Source of the DNA: Patescibacteria group bacterium
Lineage (GTDB): Bacteria > Patescibacteriota > Patescibacteriia > 2-12-FULL-60-25
NCBI GenBank assembly: GCA_018061755.1
Contig: JAGOTP010000002.1
Coordinates: forward strand, 35,309-99,308
Direction of reading: 5' to 3'
Length of the DNA stretch: 64,000 bases
The translations under genes and the position numbers were made by a program. Positions 35,677 through 45,002 of the stretch are shown piece after piece; the first letter of the stretch is position 1; each line of letters opens with the position of its first letter. The notes below the pieces were generated by a model, which was not told the origin of the DNA, searched no databases, and saw only the letters and a list, made by a program, of their open reading frames with translations.

Positions 35677-36321
35677 ATGCAACAAATCCTCGATTTCTTC
35701 GTACGAGCTGAAAAACTAAAAGCCACTCTGCGCGCCTCTTGGACGAGCGATTCGAGTCGATCAGAGAGCGTTGCTGATCATTCTTGGATGTCGTGCCTGC
35801 TCGCCATGACGCTCTTTGAGAAGATTTCGGTTCCGCTGGATCGTGAGCGAGTACTCAAAATGATCATTCTTCACGACCTTGCCGAGGCGGTGACGGGGGA
35901 TATTCCACTCATCGATCAACAGGGATCGTTTAATCATGAAGAGAAGTCTCTTAACGAACGAAAGGCGATGGATCATATTTTGGAACCCTTACCTGAATCA
36001 ACAAAACAGGAGTTTCTCGAACTCTGGCAAGAGTGTGAAGAGAGAACTACTTTGGAAGGGAAATTTGCTAAAGCGATAGATTACCTTGAAGCCTGCTTAC
36101 AATATTGGACGATGGACATGGATAAATGGGTTGAGCAAGATTTTAATATAGCCGCCTATTACCGAGATGAACGCTATCAATTCGATGCATTTCTCAAAGA
36201 ATTTAAAGCCTTTGTCAATGAAAAAACGATGGAGAAAATTCTAGCATCAGGAAGAGAGGCGTTTTTAGCACCGGAACTGTTGGAAAAATATCGAAAAAGT
36301 CAGTCGACTACTATTGAATGA
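35677..36321 (+). CDS. HD-domain phosphohydrolase (YfbR-like)
   Basis: ESVADHSW...ILHDLAEAVTGDIP is an HD-superfamily metal-binding pattern. Confidence 0.8.
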   Translation: MQQILDFFVRAEKLKATLRASWTSDSSRSESVADHSWMSCLLAMTLFEKISVPLDRERVLKMIILHDLAEAVTGDIPLIDQQGSFNHEEKSLNERKAMDHILEPLPESTKQEFLELWQECEERTTLEGKFAKAIDYLEACLQYWTMDMDKWVEQDFNIAAYYRDERYQFDAFLKEFKAFVNEKTMEKILASGREAFLAPELLEKYRKSQSTTIE

Positions 36322-36374
36322 CCACCTTTATAGTTACTCGAAAGCTTCCATGCATCCTGCTAAGCTAGAAATCT

Positions 36375-37280
36375 ATGCAAAAAATCATCCCCCATCTCTG
36401 GTTTGATAAGGAGGCCAAAGAAGCAGCTGAGTTCTACACCTCATTGTTTCCAGATTCGAAAATTACCAACATCTCCACCATTCACGACACCCCATCGGGT
36501 GATTGTGATATTGTCTCGTTTGATCTTTGGAACCAGTCGTTCATGGCAATTAGCGCTGGACCAGTCTTCAAATTTAATCCGTCTATTTCTTTCATGGTGA
36601 ATTTCGATCCATCGAAAGACAAAGACGCTCAAACACGCATCGAGACAGTTTGGGAAAAGCTTCAGGTTGGTGGCAAAGTGCTCATGCCACTTGCTGCCTA
36701 TCCCTTCAGTGAGCGTTATGGCTGGATTCAAGATAAATATGGCCTATCCTGGCAGCTGATTCTGACAAAACCAGAGGGCGAAGAACGACCTTTTATCACG
36801 CCTTCCATGCTATTCGTGGGCGATGTTTGCGGCAAGACAGAAGAAGCAACCAACTTTTACCTTTCAGTCTTCAAAAACAGCAAACGCGGCACCCTGGCTC
36901 GCTACGGAGCCGATCAAGCGCCGGAAAAAGCAGGAAATGTTTCGTTCACTGATTTCAAACTCGAAGATCAGTGGTTTGTCGCCATGGACAGCGGACAAAA
37001 GCATGAGTTCGCCTTCAATGAAGCTCTTTCGCTAATCGTCGAATGTGAGGATCAACAAGAAATCGATTACTATTGGGAGAAGCTCTCAGCTATACCTGCA
37101 GCGGAACAATGTGGCTGGCTGAAGGATGCGTATGGGGTCTCTTGGCAGATCTCTCCCAAGAGAATGAACGAGATGATGAAGAACGGGACACCGGAACAAA
37201 TCGATCGTGTTACACAAGCCTTCCTGCAGATGAAGAAGTTTGACCTGGCTAAGTTGGAGCAGGCATACGCAGGGAAATAA
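36375..37280 (+). CDS. VOC/PhnB-like protein, tandem 3-demethylubiquinone-9 3-methyltransferase-type domains
   Basis: IIPHLWFD...AAEFYTSLF...GWIQDKYGLSWQL is repeated as ITPSMLF...ATNFYLSVF...GWLKDAYGVSWQI. The family call is from memory. Confidence 0.75.
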   Translation: MQKIIPHLWFDKEAKEAAEFYTSLFPDSKITNISTIHDTPSGDCDIVSFDLWNQSFMAISAGPVFKFNPSISFMVNFDPSKDKDAQTRIETVWEKLQVGGKVLMPLAAYPFSERYGWIQDKYGLSWQLILTKPEGEERPFITPSMLFVGDVCGKTEEATNFYLSVFKNSKRGTLARYGADQAPEKAGNVSFTDFKLEDQWFVAMDSGQKHEFAFNEALSLIVECEDQQEIDYYWEKLSAIPAAEQCGWLKDAYGVSWQISPKRMNEMMKNGTPEQIDRVTQAFLQMKKFDLAKLEQAYAGK

Positions 37281-37299
37281 ATCTATTGTATATCTCACT

Positions 37300-37326
37300 A
37301 AAAAGACGCGCATTGCGTCTTTTTAG
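37300..37326 (+). terminator. Rho-independent terminator
   Basis: AAAAGACGC-GCATT-GCGTCTTTTTAG. Confidence 0.6.
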
Positions 37327-37399
37327 TTTCTTGCCTTAGAAATGCGTTGCTTCATTCATCCAGAGACGTTAGGGTAATCGTCACTAGGCGAAGAGCGTC

Positions 37400-38236
37400 A
37401 TGTCTGAGCCTTGCAGTACGTTATCGATTGTGAATCCTATGCGTTCTAAGGCTTGGCATGAACTCTGGGTCTTTGGCTTGAAACAAGCTCGGGCCTGTAT
37501 TTTTGCAGGTGCGTTCTTTTTACTGTTGTTTCTTTCCCACAAATTGCCCCTTGGCCCGATTCATCGCTATGACTTTCTGTTCGTGTCTGCCTTGGTGATT
37601 CAGATCGTGCTCTATCTCACCAAAATCGAAACGAAAGATGAAATCAAGACGATCGCTCTCTTTCACTTACTTGGGCTAGCCTTAGAACTCTTCAAAACCA
37701 GTCCTCAAATAGGTGGCTGGTCGTATCCTGAAGCCGGGTTTTTCAAAATTGCGACAGTACCTCTTTATAGTGGATTCATGTATGCCGCCGTCGGAAGCTA
37801 TATCAGTCAAGCTTGGCGTTTAATGCAACTAAAACTTGTCGGGACCGTTCGCACTTTTCCAAGTACCATTTTAGCCTGCGCTATTTATCTAAATTTTTTC
37901 ACCAATGAATTCCTGCCAGATGCCCGCTGGATGTTGATTCCCCTGGTCTTTGCCGTCTTTTGGGGCGTATCAGTTGAATTCACCATCACAAAACGTGCCT
38001 ATCGCATGCCGATTAGCCTGTCATTCTTCTTGATCGCCTTCTTCATTTGGATCGCCGAGAATATTTCGACCTATTTCGCTGCCTGGAAATATCCTGAACA
38101 GCTCGATGGCTGGAACATTGTGTCTTTCAAAATCATTTCCTCGTGGTATTTACTCGTGATCATCAGTTTTATCTTGGTCGCCAACTTGAAACAACTAAAA
38201 GCAGGAAAAACCGCTCTCACAAAACCAGTGAGCTAA
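37400..38236 (+). CDS. DUF817 family integral membrane protein
   Basis: Multiple TM helices. ELWVFGLKQARACIFAG...HRYDFLF...LFHLLGLALELFKT...GGWSYPE resembles DUF817. The family call is from memory. Confidence 0.75.
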   Translation: MSEPCSTLSIVNPMRSKAWHELWVFGLKQARACIFAGAFFLLLFLSHKLPLGPIHRYDFLFVSALVIQIVLYLTKIETKDEIKTIALFHLLGLALELFKTSPQIGGWSYPEAGFFKIATVPLYSGFMYAAVGSYISQAWRLMQLKLVGTVRTFPSTILACAIYLNFFTNEFLPDARWMLIPLVFAVFWGVSVEFTITKRAYRMPISLSFFLIAFFIWIAENISTYFAAWKYPEQLDGWNIVSFKIISSWYLLVIISFILVANLKQLKAGKTALTKPVS

Positions 38237-38240
38237 AGCA

Positions 38241-38272
38241 AAAACATCCTGCCTATCGGGCAGGATGTTTTT
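38241..38272. terminator. Bidirectional rho-independent terminator
   Basis: AAAACATCCTGCC-TATCG-GGCAGGATGTTTT between convergent genes. Confidence 0.6.
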
Positions 38273-38294
38273 CGATGATACAAACACTAAAAAA

Positions 38295-38747
38295 CTAACG
38301 TCGGGTGTTGATAGAAGGAGGAGCGGTTGGCAATTCATTCTGTCCACCGGCGGCACAAGCCGTCTGGACATCGCGCAACTGAAGTTCAACTGTATTCAAA
38401 CGCTCGACCAAACGGTCAACCTCGGACTGAACGATGGCTGGAGTGTCGTTGGTACTTGAGGCTGAACTGGCTTCAACTGAGCTATAGGCAACAGCACCGG
38501 TCAAAACGACAGCCAAACCACTGATAATCGCAGCAGCCCAAACATGGGAAGCTGAATGAGCAGCACGATAAACGTGGTGGTCGGTTACTTGAGAGGTTGG
38601 ACCAACATAATGGACGTTGCAGCTCGTGCCACAGGCCGAATGACCACAAACAGAGGACATTTCATCTGGGGTTGAGGAAATACTGGTATCCATGGCAGCT
38701 GGGGCACGGCGGCGCACGGTTCGGCGCTTGGAAAGCTTGTCGTCCAT
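38295..38747 (-). CDS. Hypothetical single-pass membrane protein with a Cys/His-rich N-terminal region
   Basis: 150-aa ORF with CGHSACGTSCNVH...HHVYRAAHSASH, a TM helix (VWAAAIISGLAVVLTGAV) and a short coiled segment. Confidence 0.55.
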   Translation of the reverse strand: MDDKLSKRRTVRRRAPAAMDTSISSTPDEMSSVCGHSACGTSCNVHYVGPTSQVTDHHVYRAAHSASHVWAAAIISGLAVVLTGAVAYSSVEASSASSTNDTPAIVQSEVDRLVERLNTVELQLRDVQTACAAGGQNELPTAPPSINTRR

Positions 38748-38828
38748 AGGAAAGAACTAGGGGAAAGAATGAGTCTTGAGGAGAGTATAGCATAGGTCTT
38801 TTGGAAGGATCAAAATCCCCATCCGCCG

Positions 38829-38857
38829 TTGACGTACCAGGGGGTTTTCGCTATGCT
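38829..38857 (+). promoter_or_regulatory. Sigma70-like promoter (TTGACG-17-TATGCT) for tRNA-Val
   Basis: TTGACG at 38829-38834 and TATGCT at 38852-38857, about 18 nt upstream of the tRNA 5' end. Confidence 0.5.
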
Positions 38858-38875
38858 CTCGACGCTTCGAACCTT

Positions 38876-38952
38876 GCGCGTATAGCTCAGTTGGTTAGAG
38901 CGCCACATTGACATTGTGGAGGTCTCTGGTTCGAATCCAGATACGCGCACCA
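38876..38952 (+). tRNA. tRNA-Val (anticodon GAC), CCA encoded
   Basis: Hand fold: GCGCGTA/TA/GCTC-AGTTGGTTA-GAGC/G/CCACA-TTGACAT-TGTGG/AGGTC/TCTGG-TTCGAAT-CCAGA/TACGCGC/A/CCA. Confidence 0.92.
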
Positions 38953-38955
38953 CGC

Positions 38956-38982
38956 AAAACCCCGCCAAATTGGCGGGGTTTT
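38956..38982. terminator. Bidirectional rho-independent terminator
   Basis: AAAACCCCGCC-AAATT-GGCGGGGTTTT. Confidence 0.6.
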
Positions 38983-38983
38983 G

Positions 38984-39508
38984 TTATGATTTTACGTAGA
39001 GCTTAGCGATCCCCTTTTGCTCGACCAAACGCCAGCCTGGCATGCTGAAGGCAAAGCTGACAACACGAGCACCCGGCTTCGCCTGACGGTTCAGCTGCTC
39101 TTCCAAACGGGGCATCAAACGGATCAGCTGGAAGACACAGAGGACATCGAACTTCGAAAGATCCGCGTGAAAAAAGTTCTTGCGAAGAACCGTGGCACGG
39201 CCTGGGTAGCGACGAGTACGGAATCGAGAGATCCAAGCCAAGACCGGGCTGATTTCATAGCCAACCACGTTTGCACCTTGGGCCAGAGCTCCGAGCAGAA
39301 CTCGACCATCGCCACAACCAAGATCAGTCATCCATTCCCCTGGCTTGATTTTGGCGAGGCTCATGGCATCCGCAATATCGCGCTTGCGAACAGGAACATA
39401 CGGAGCACCGGCAAACAGGCCGCCGAAGGAACGAGCGATCGCGTAGGTACCACCCAGAGTAATCGCTAAAGACAAGACTGAGACGAGAATTTCACGAGGG
39501 CTACTCAT
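38984..39508 (-). CDS. Class I SAM-dependent methyltransferase with an N-terminal membrane anchor
   Basis: Trimmed to ATG 39508, which overlaps the upstream stop by 8 nt. Motif I is DLGCGDGRV. Confidence 0.8.
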   Translation of the reverse strand: MSSPREILVSVLSLAITLGGTYAIARSFGGLFAGAPYVPVRKRDIADAMSLAKIKPGEWMTDLGCGDGRVLLGALAQGANVVGYEISPVLAWISRFRTRRYPGRATVLRKNFFHADLSKFDVLCVFQLIRLMPRLEEQLNRQAKPGARVVSFAFSMPGWRLVEQKGIAKLYVKS

Positions 39509-40739
39509 AGCGCAGGGCTTCAATCGGAGAGAGTGTAGCCGCTTTGCGCGCAGGATAATAGCCGAAGACGAGACCGATCGCGGTAGACACAGCCGTTGCA
39601 AGCAGGATGCCGTTTCCAGGGAAGACAAAGGTCCACCCGTCTTGGAACTGAGAGATTACGGCGATAGCTCCATAGGAAATACCAAGCCCTAAGACAATGC
39701 CGATGACACCACCAGCTACCGTGAGACAAACAGCTTCTAGGATAAATTGACCGAGAATATCGCTTCGCTTCGCGCCGATCGATTTACGCAGGCCGATCTC
39801 GCGCGTGCGTTCTGTGACGGTCACAAGCATGATGTTCATGATCCCAATGCCACCTACCACCAAAGAAATGGCAGCAACCGAAGCGAGCAGAATCTGCAGG
39901 ACTTGACCAATCACACCAGCGCTGCGAATCGCATCCTCTTGTGAAGCAACTTGAAAGTCATCTTTCGCCAAAACACCTTCCGGGTTGTCGATCCGATGGG
40001 TATCACGCAGCAAAATACGAGTACGATCCATCGCTTCTCGAACATTCACCCCAGATACAGGCTTCAAAGACAAGAAATTCAAATGCACGCGGTTGTATTG
40101 TTCGAGTGCAGTAGTAAATGGGATATAGACTTGGTCATCTAAGTTATCGAAGAAACGTGTTCCTCCGGGCTCCATGATGCCGATAACACGATAGGAACGA
40201 CGACCAAGACGAACCTGCTGACCAATTGGATCGGTCGGACCAAACAAACGTTTAGCGATATCGGGGCCTAAGACCGTCACGGTTCGACGTGAGTTAACAT
40301 CGTCATCGTCGATGAAGCGACCTCGTTCTGGACGCAGCGAATAGACGGAGACTTCTTCTGGTGAACTACCGCTGATTTGAACTAACGCATTCACTGAATC
40401 TACTGTCGCCAGATCTTGTACAACGACTGAAGCGGCCACACCTTTGACCCAAGAAGTACGGCGCAGTTCTCGATAGTCATCGACTGTGAGACTTTCTTTG
40501 ACCGAATTGGATGGAGGGCCATTTTCTTCATCATCGCCTGCCCCATTGGCCACAAAAATCATATCTGAGCCAAACGAAGCAATCTGTGACAGCAGATATC
40601 CTTCAGCCGCCTGTCCAATCGACAGCATCAAAATAACAGAAGCAATTCCAATCACGATTCCAAGCATCGTCAAAGCTGCCCGTCCGCGGGTGCGACGAAT
40701 ACTTTCTTGTGCAATTCCAAAGAGATCTCGTAGTCGCAT
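39501..40739 (-). CDS. ABC transporter permease, MacB/FtsX family
   Basis: Trimmed to ATG 40739. Has an N-terminal TM helix, a large periplasmic domain and the C-terminal FtsX module (GIGIMNIMLVTVTERTREIGLRKSIGA). Confidence 0.88.
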   Translation of the reverse strand: MRLRDLFGIAQESIRRTRGRAALTMLGIVIGIASVILMLSIGQAAEGYLLSQIASFGSDMIFVANGAGDDEENGPPSNSVKESLTVDDYRELRRTSWVKGVAASVVVQDLATVDSVNALVQISGSSPEEVSVYSLRPERGRFIDDDDVNSRRTVTVLGPDIAKRLFGPTDPIGQQVRLGRRSYRVIGIMEPGGTRFFDNLDDQVYIPFTTALEQYNRVHLNFLSLKPVSGVNVREAMDRTRILLRDTHRIDNPEGVLAKDDFQVASQEDAIRSAGVIGQVLQILLASVAAISLVVGGIGIMNIMLVTVTERTREIGLRKSIGAKRSDILGQFILEAVCLTVAGGVIGIVLGLGISYGAIAVISQFQDGWTFVFPGNGILLATAVSTAIGLVFGYYPARKAATLSPIEALRYE

Positions 40740-40740
40740 A

Positions 40741-41961
40741 TTATTCGTGACGAAGCGCTTCCATCGGACGTAAGCCCGAAGCGCGTCTGGCCGGTGCATA
40801 GCCAAAAATTAAGCCAATCGCCGTCGAAACGATCAAACCAAGAGCTACACCCGATCCAGAAATACCGAACGTCCAGCCCGCTTGAAAGGAAGAAATAATC
40901 TTGATCGCAAGCCAAGTCAAACCAATCCCGAAAATGATCCCCAGACAACCGCCCAACGCTGTAAGCATCACGGCTTCAACGAGGAATTGTCCGAGAATAT
41001 GTTTTTTCTGAGCGCCGATCGATTTACGCAAACCAATTTCATGAATTCGTTCCGTTACGTTCACATACATGATGTTCATGATCCCAATCCCGCCAACCAC
41101 TAACGAGATAGCGGCGATGGAAGCGAGCAGAATCTGCAAAATTCCCGTGATCTGCTGGGTGTTACGAATCGCATCATCCTGCGTCTGCATGTGAAAATCA
41201 TCATCTTTCGGATCACTGATATTGTGACGTTCACGCATGAATTCTTCCGTTCGACGGATAGCATCGCTCAACGCCAAGTCCGTTTTGAGAGAAATACCTT
41301 GCACAAACCGACGATTATAGACATCCATGGCGGCTGATACAGGAACGTAGATACGTTTGTCCAAATCCTGAAACGACTTCGTCCCAGCCAATTCCATGAC
41401 ACCGATAATCCGAAAGGATTGCTTATTGAACGTGATGCTCTTGCCCAATGGATCTTCTTGCCCAAAAGCATTGCGAGCAATGGTCGCGCCCAACACAGCC
41501 ACACGCGCACGGCCATCGACTTCCGTTTCAGAAAAGAACTGACCACGTGCGATACGTGTACCGTAAATAATCAACTCATCCGGTGCGGTTCCAGCGATTG
41601 AAGCAGAAATATCCTGACCATTCACACGAACCGTGTCTTTAAGCGTCACGCCAGCGACAATTTCTTTGACCCAGGGTTCGCGGCGTAATGCTTGATAGTC
41701 TTTGAGCGTCAGCGTTTGCTTCACGAAGGCCGTCGGCGTCGAACCAGCGCTTGGCTCTTTTGGGCCATTAGCGACCTGCACCAAATCTGAACCAAAGGTC
41801 GAAATCTGGTCGATGATATACCTTTGAGCGGCTTCGCCAATCGACAAGACCAAAATCACGGACAAAATGCCGATTACAATCCCAAGCATCGTCAAAATCG
41901 AGCGGCTCCCCGCTCGAACCAAACTCTTGAAAGCGCTGCCGACAAGATCGACGATGGTCAT
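40741..41961 (-). CDS. ABC transporter permease, MacB/FtsX family (paralog of the downstream gene)
   Basis: Same architecture, with GIGIMNIMYVNVTERIHEIGLRKSIGA. Confidence 0.88.
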   Translation of the reverse strand: MTIVDLVGSAFKSLVRAGSRSILTMLGIVIGILSVILVLSIGEAAQRYIIDQISTFGSDLVQVANGPKEPSAGSTPTAFVKQTLTLKDYQALRREPWVKEIVAGVTLKDTVRVNGQDISASIAGTAPDELIIYGTRIARGQFFSETEVDGRARVAVLGATIARNAFGQEDPLGKSITFNKQSFRIIGVMELAGTKSFQDLDKRIYVPVSAAMDVYNRRFVQGISLKTDLALSDAIRRTEEFMRERHNISDPKDDDFHMQTQDDAIRNTQQITGILQILLASIAAISLVVGGIGIMNIMYVNVTERIHEIGLRKSIGAQKKHILGQFLVEAVMLTALGGCLGIIFGIGLTWLAIKIISSFQAGWTFGISGSGVALGLIVSTAIGLIFGYAPARRASGLRPMEALRHE

Positions 41962-41968
41962 AGCGCTT

Positions 41969-42703
41969 TTATTTTAATAATACTTCTTCGCCTAGTCTGC
42001 GACGGTTCTCAACAGGTTTATCGGATTGCAATAAGCCATCTTTCAACATAAGGGTACGCTCGGCATATTCAGCCGTGTACGTTTCATGCGTCACCAAGAT
42101 GATGGTGTGACCATCTTCCAGATTCAGCTTGAGCAACATATCCATCACTTGCTTTCCAGACTTTGAATCCAAATTCCCTGTCGGTTCATCGGCAAAAATC
42201 ACAGCCGGGTTACGCACCAAAGCACGAGCAATGGCAACACGTTGACGCTCTCCACCAGATAATTGATTCGAGAGGTTTTGTATACGATGCGTCAATCCAA
42301 CGGTTGCAATCGCCTTCTTCGCTAATTCAGCTCGTTCGCGCAGAGGAACATTTGAATACAAGAGTGGTAACATGACATTTTCCAAGACAGACGTTTTTGG
42401 CAGTAAATTGAAAGCCTGGAAGATAAATCCAATCTTGTCACCACGCAAGCTAGCCAACTCATCCTCATCCAGGCCGGATACATCATTGCCATCGAACAAA
42501 TAGGTTCCGCCCGTTGCCGTATCAAGTAATCCTAGAATCTGCATCAAGGTCGACTTCCCCGAACCAGATGGACCCATGATGGACACGAATTGACCACGAG
42601 GAATGTCGAAGGATACGCCATGCAGAACCTGTGTCACGACTTCATCGTTCACATAGTCCTTCTTCAAATCTTTGATCGAAATGACGGGAGATCCCTGTTT
42701 CAT
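41969..42703 (-). CDS. ABC transporter ATP-binding protein (MacB/LolD type)
   Basis: Walker A GPSGSGKST, signature LSGGERQRVAIARAL and Walker B IFADEPTGNLD. Confidence 0.93.
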   Translation of the reverse strand: MKQGSPVISIKDLKKDYVNDEVVTQVLHGVSFDIPRGQFVSIMGPSGSGKSTLMQILGLLDTATGGTYLFDGNDVSGLDEDELASLRGDKIGFIFQAFNLLPKTSVLENVMLPLLYSNVPLRERAELAKKAIATVGLTHRIQNLSNQLSGGERQRVAIARALVRNPAVIFADEPTGNLDSKSGKQVMDMLLKLNLEDGHTIILVTHETYTAEYAERTLMLKDGLLQSDKPVENRRRLGEEVLLK

Positions 42704-42725
42704 ACAAGAACGTGAAGATGCTGAA

Positions 42726-44600
42726 CTAAGGTTGAATAGTTTTCTGACGAGCTGCGTATTCCTGCGCAGTCAATTCACCCACAATCACCTGTTCGCCAAC
42801 TTTCAAGCCGGACAACACTTCCACTCGCGCTTCATCAGCCCGAAGACCGGTAGTAATCGCACGATCTTCTGCTTTGCCATTCACCAAGACCTGAACCATA
42901 GGCTGACCATCCACCTGACGTACAGCTCGTGTTGGAATCGAGATCGTCGACGATGCACGCTCAGCGGTCAGAATCGTCACATCAGCCGTCATACCCGGCT
43001 TCACATCTTTGCCCTGAGTATCAATGGCAACAATTGCCTTATAATAGACAGCGTCTTGCACTTTAGTTTGATCTGGATATTCAGCCGTGACCGACCCTGT
43101 GAAGGGCTGCGCGTCTCCAAATGCATCGAGCGTAATCACGGCCGCTTGTTCGGTTGTAACCTTGGCAATATCCGATTCAGGAATCAAGGCTTCAATTGTA
43201 TATTTTGCTTCAGCAATCATCCCAATGACCTTCGCTCCGAGCATAGCTTGTTCACCCACTTTTGGAACAACTTCTGCGATCACACCATCAACTGGAGCGA
43301 TAATCCGCGTATCATCTAAGCGTTGTGTTGCTTGAGTATAGGCTGTTTCAGCATCGCGAAGCTGAGCGCGGAGCGCAGCCAAATCAACTGCACGCGGTGG
43401 GGCTTTGCGCTGATCAAGACTGGCTTGAGCGGAAGCAACAGCAGCCGTTTGTATCTGAACTGTTGATTCTGCTGCTCGCACTTTGCTCACACGATTTGTT
43501 TCTGCAATACGTAGATTGGCTTTGGCTGTTTCCAAAGCGTTACGTAATTGATCGACTGACGTGGCACGAGCCAATTCGGTATTTACCGCCGTCTGCAATG
43601 CTGTTGAAACCGTCGTGAGCTGAGCACCGACCGAGGCACGATCCGCATCAATCGTCGCTTTCTTGCTTGCGATTTCTGCTGATGTAAAGCTCGCTGAAGC
43701 ACTCGTTCCAGCTAAGGCTCGTTGGACGAAATCCAAATAACGTTGAGTTTTTTCCAGAGCATCTTTCACCAACTCAGCCGATTCACGAATTTGCGCGTTG
43801 GTCGCAACCACTGGCAAAACGCGCACCGAGTTAAAGGCTGCTTCACGTGCTGCCTTGGCTAAGGGATATTGGTTTTTTGCACTCTGCAATGAAGTTGAAT
43901 CACCAGCCGCAAAGGTGAGTGCATAACGCCAATTTTCAGATTGGTTATCAACGCCCACCAGTACATCACCATCCGTCAGACCGGTCTGGATCGGACCGAG
44001 GGCATTCTGCAAAGAATTTTTCAACGACGTATATCCATTTACGACGGTCTGATCATTCGAATTTCCGGTGTTGTCAACATTTCGTTGTGCCGTATCAACA
44101 GCGATCGTCGCCACCTGATATTCATCTTCGACTGCACGACGCGTTGCCTCCAAATCACTCTGCGCCTTTTGCTGATTTGCTCTGGCCTGTTCAAGCGAGG
44201 CTTGAGCAATACGAATCGTTTCAGCCGTCTCCCCTGCTTCACGAGAACGCAAATTGGCCAAAGCCAAGGAAACACCAGCCGCTGCACGACGTACATTCAA
44301 ATCCGCTTCACTGCGATCAACTTCACCCAAGATGTCACCCTTCTTCACTTTCGCTCCGACCGCTGCCGTCAAAGCAGTAATCTTCCCACCATTTTTGAAA
44401 GAGAGATCCAAACGGGCTTGTGGCACAACTTGCCCTGTCGCTTCAACTGTCTGCTTGAGTGCGCCTTCAGTCACGGGCTGAGTATCATAAAATGGACCTT
44501 TAGGAGCCGTGCTTCTGGCATAGGCAAAACCACCAACCAACAAAACAACCACGACTAAGGCCCAGGTTCGTTTCTTCTTCAAAAAGCTTGGGAATGGCAT
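42726..44600 (-). CDS. HlyD/MacA-type periplasmic adaptor with an unusually long coiled-coil hairpin
   Basis: N-terminal TM anchor, lipoyl-like half motifs (GKITALTAAVGAKVKKGDILGEVD ... IIAPVDGVI), a long Ala/Gln/Arg-rich coiled-coil insert and a C-terminal beta-barrel. Confidence 0.85.
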   Translation of the reverse strand: MPFPSFLKKKRTWALVVVVLLVGGFAYARSTAPKGPFYDTQPVTEGALKQTVEATGQVVPQARLDLSFKNGGKITALTAAVGAKVKKGDILGEVDRSEADLNVRRAAAGVSLALANLRSREAGETAETIRIAQASLEQARANQQKAQSDLEATRRAVEDEYQVATIAVDTAQRNVDNTGNSNDQTVVNGYTSLKNSLQNALGPIQTGLTDGDVLVGVDNQSENWRYALTFAAGDSTSLQSAKNQYPLAKAAREAAFNSVRVLPVVATNAQIRESAELVKDALEKTQRYLDFVQRALAGTSASASFTSAEIASKKATIDADRASVGAQLTTVSTALQTAVNTELARATSVDQLRNALETAKANLRIAETNRVSKVRAAESTVQIQTAAVASAQASLDQRKAPPRAVDLAALRAQLRDAETAYTQATQRLDDTRIIAPVDGVIAEVVPKVGEQAMLGAKVIGMIAEAKYTIEALIPESDIAKVTTEQAAVITLDAFGDAQPFTGSVTAEYPDQTKVQDAVYYKAIVAIDTQGKDVKPGMTADVTILTAERASSTISIPTRAVRQVDGQPMVQVLVNGKAEDRAITTGLRADEARVEVLSGLKVGEQVIVGELTAQEYAARQKTIQP

Positions 44601-44633
44601 AGAGAATAGATAATGAGAGGAGAGGAGGGATAA

Positions 44634-44951
44634 TTAACGCGACTTCTTCTGAGGTTTCGAATCTGTCACGTTCGTCAATTGAGCTGTCATTGTAGTGAGC
44701 ATAGTCTGCATCTGTTCAACCGGGAAAATGATGATCGGACCGTTCGGATGATTCATGACCAGCAATTTAGCTCCACTTTTCAAGCCCAGTCGCTCACGAA
44801 TATCCTTGGGAATCACGAGCTGACCACGCTCACCAAGCACGGTTGAACCCATCAAATGCTGCTCGCAGTCATCGTCTATTTTTTTATGTTGGGCGGATCG
44901 CGGGGAAACTTTCCCACGAACACGCGATAGTGAAACTTTAGGTTCTTTCAT
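44634..44951 (-). CDS. AbrB/MazE/SpoVT-family DNA-binding protein
   Basis: GERGQLVIPKDIRERLGLKSGAKLLV is a SpoVT-AbrB swapped-hairpin motif. It is the first gene of the export operon. Confidence 0.8.
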   Translation of the reverse strand: MKEPKVSLSRVRGKVSPRSAQHKKIDDDCEQHLMGSTVLGERGQLVIPKDIRERLGLKSGAKLLVMNHPNGPIIIFPVEQMQTMLTTMTAQLTNVTDSKPQKKSR

Positions 44952-44972
44952 AGGTGTTCATATCAAGTATGA

Positions 44973-45001
44973 ATAGTATGAAAAAAGTGACAAATTGTCA
45001 A
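44973..45001 (-). promoter_or_regulatory. Sigma70-like promoter (TTGACA-17-TACTAT) with an overlapping 6-bp inverted repeat
   Basis: The reverse strand reads TTGACAATTTGTCACTTTTTTCATACTAT. TGACAA-A-TTGTCA at 44988-45000 overlaps the -35 element. Confidence 0.5.
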
Positions 45002-45002
45002 T

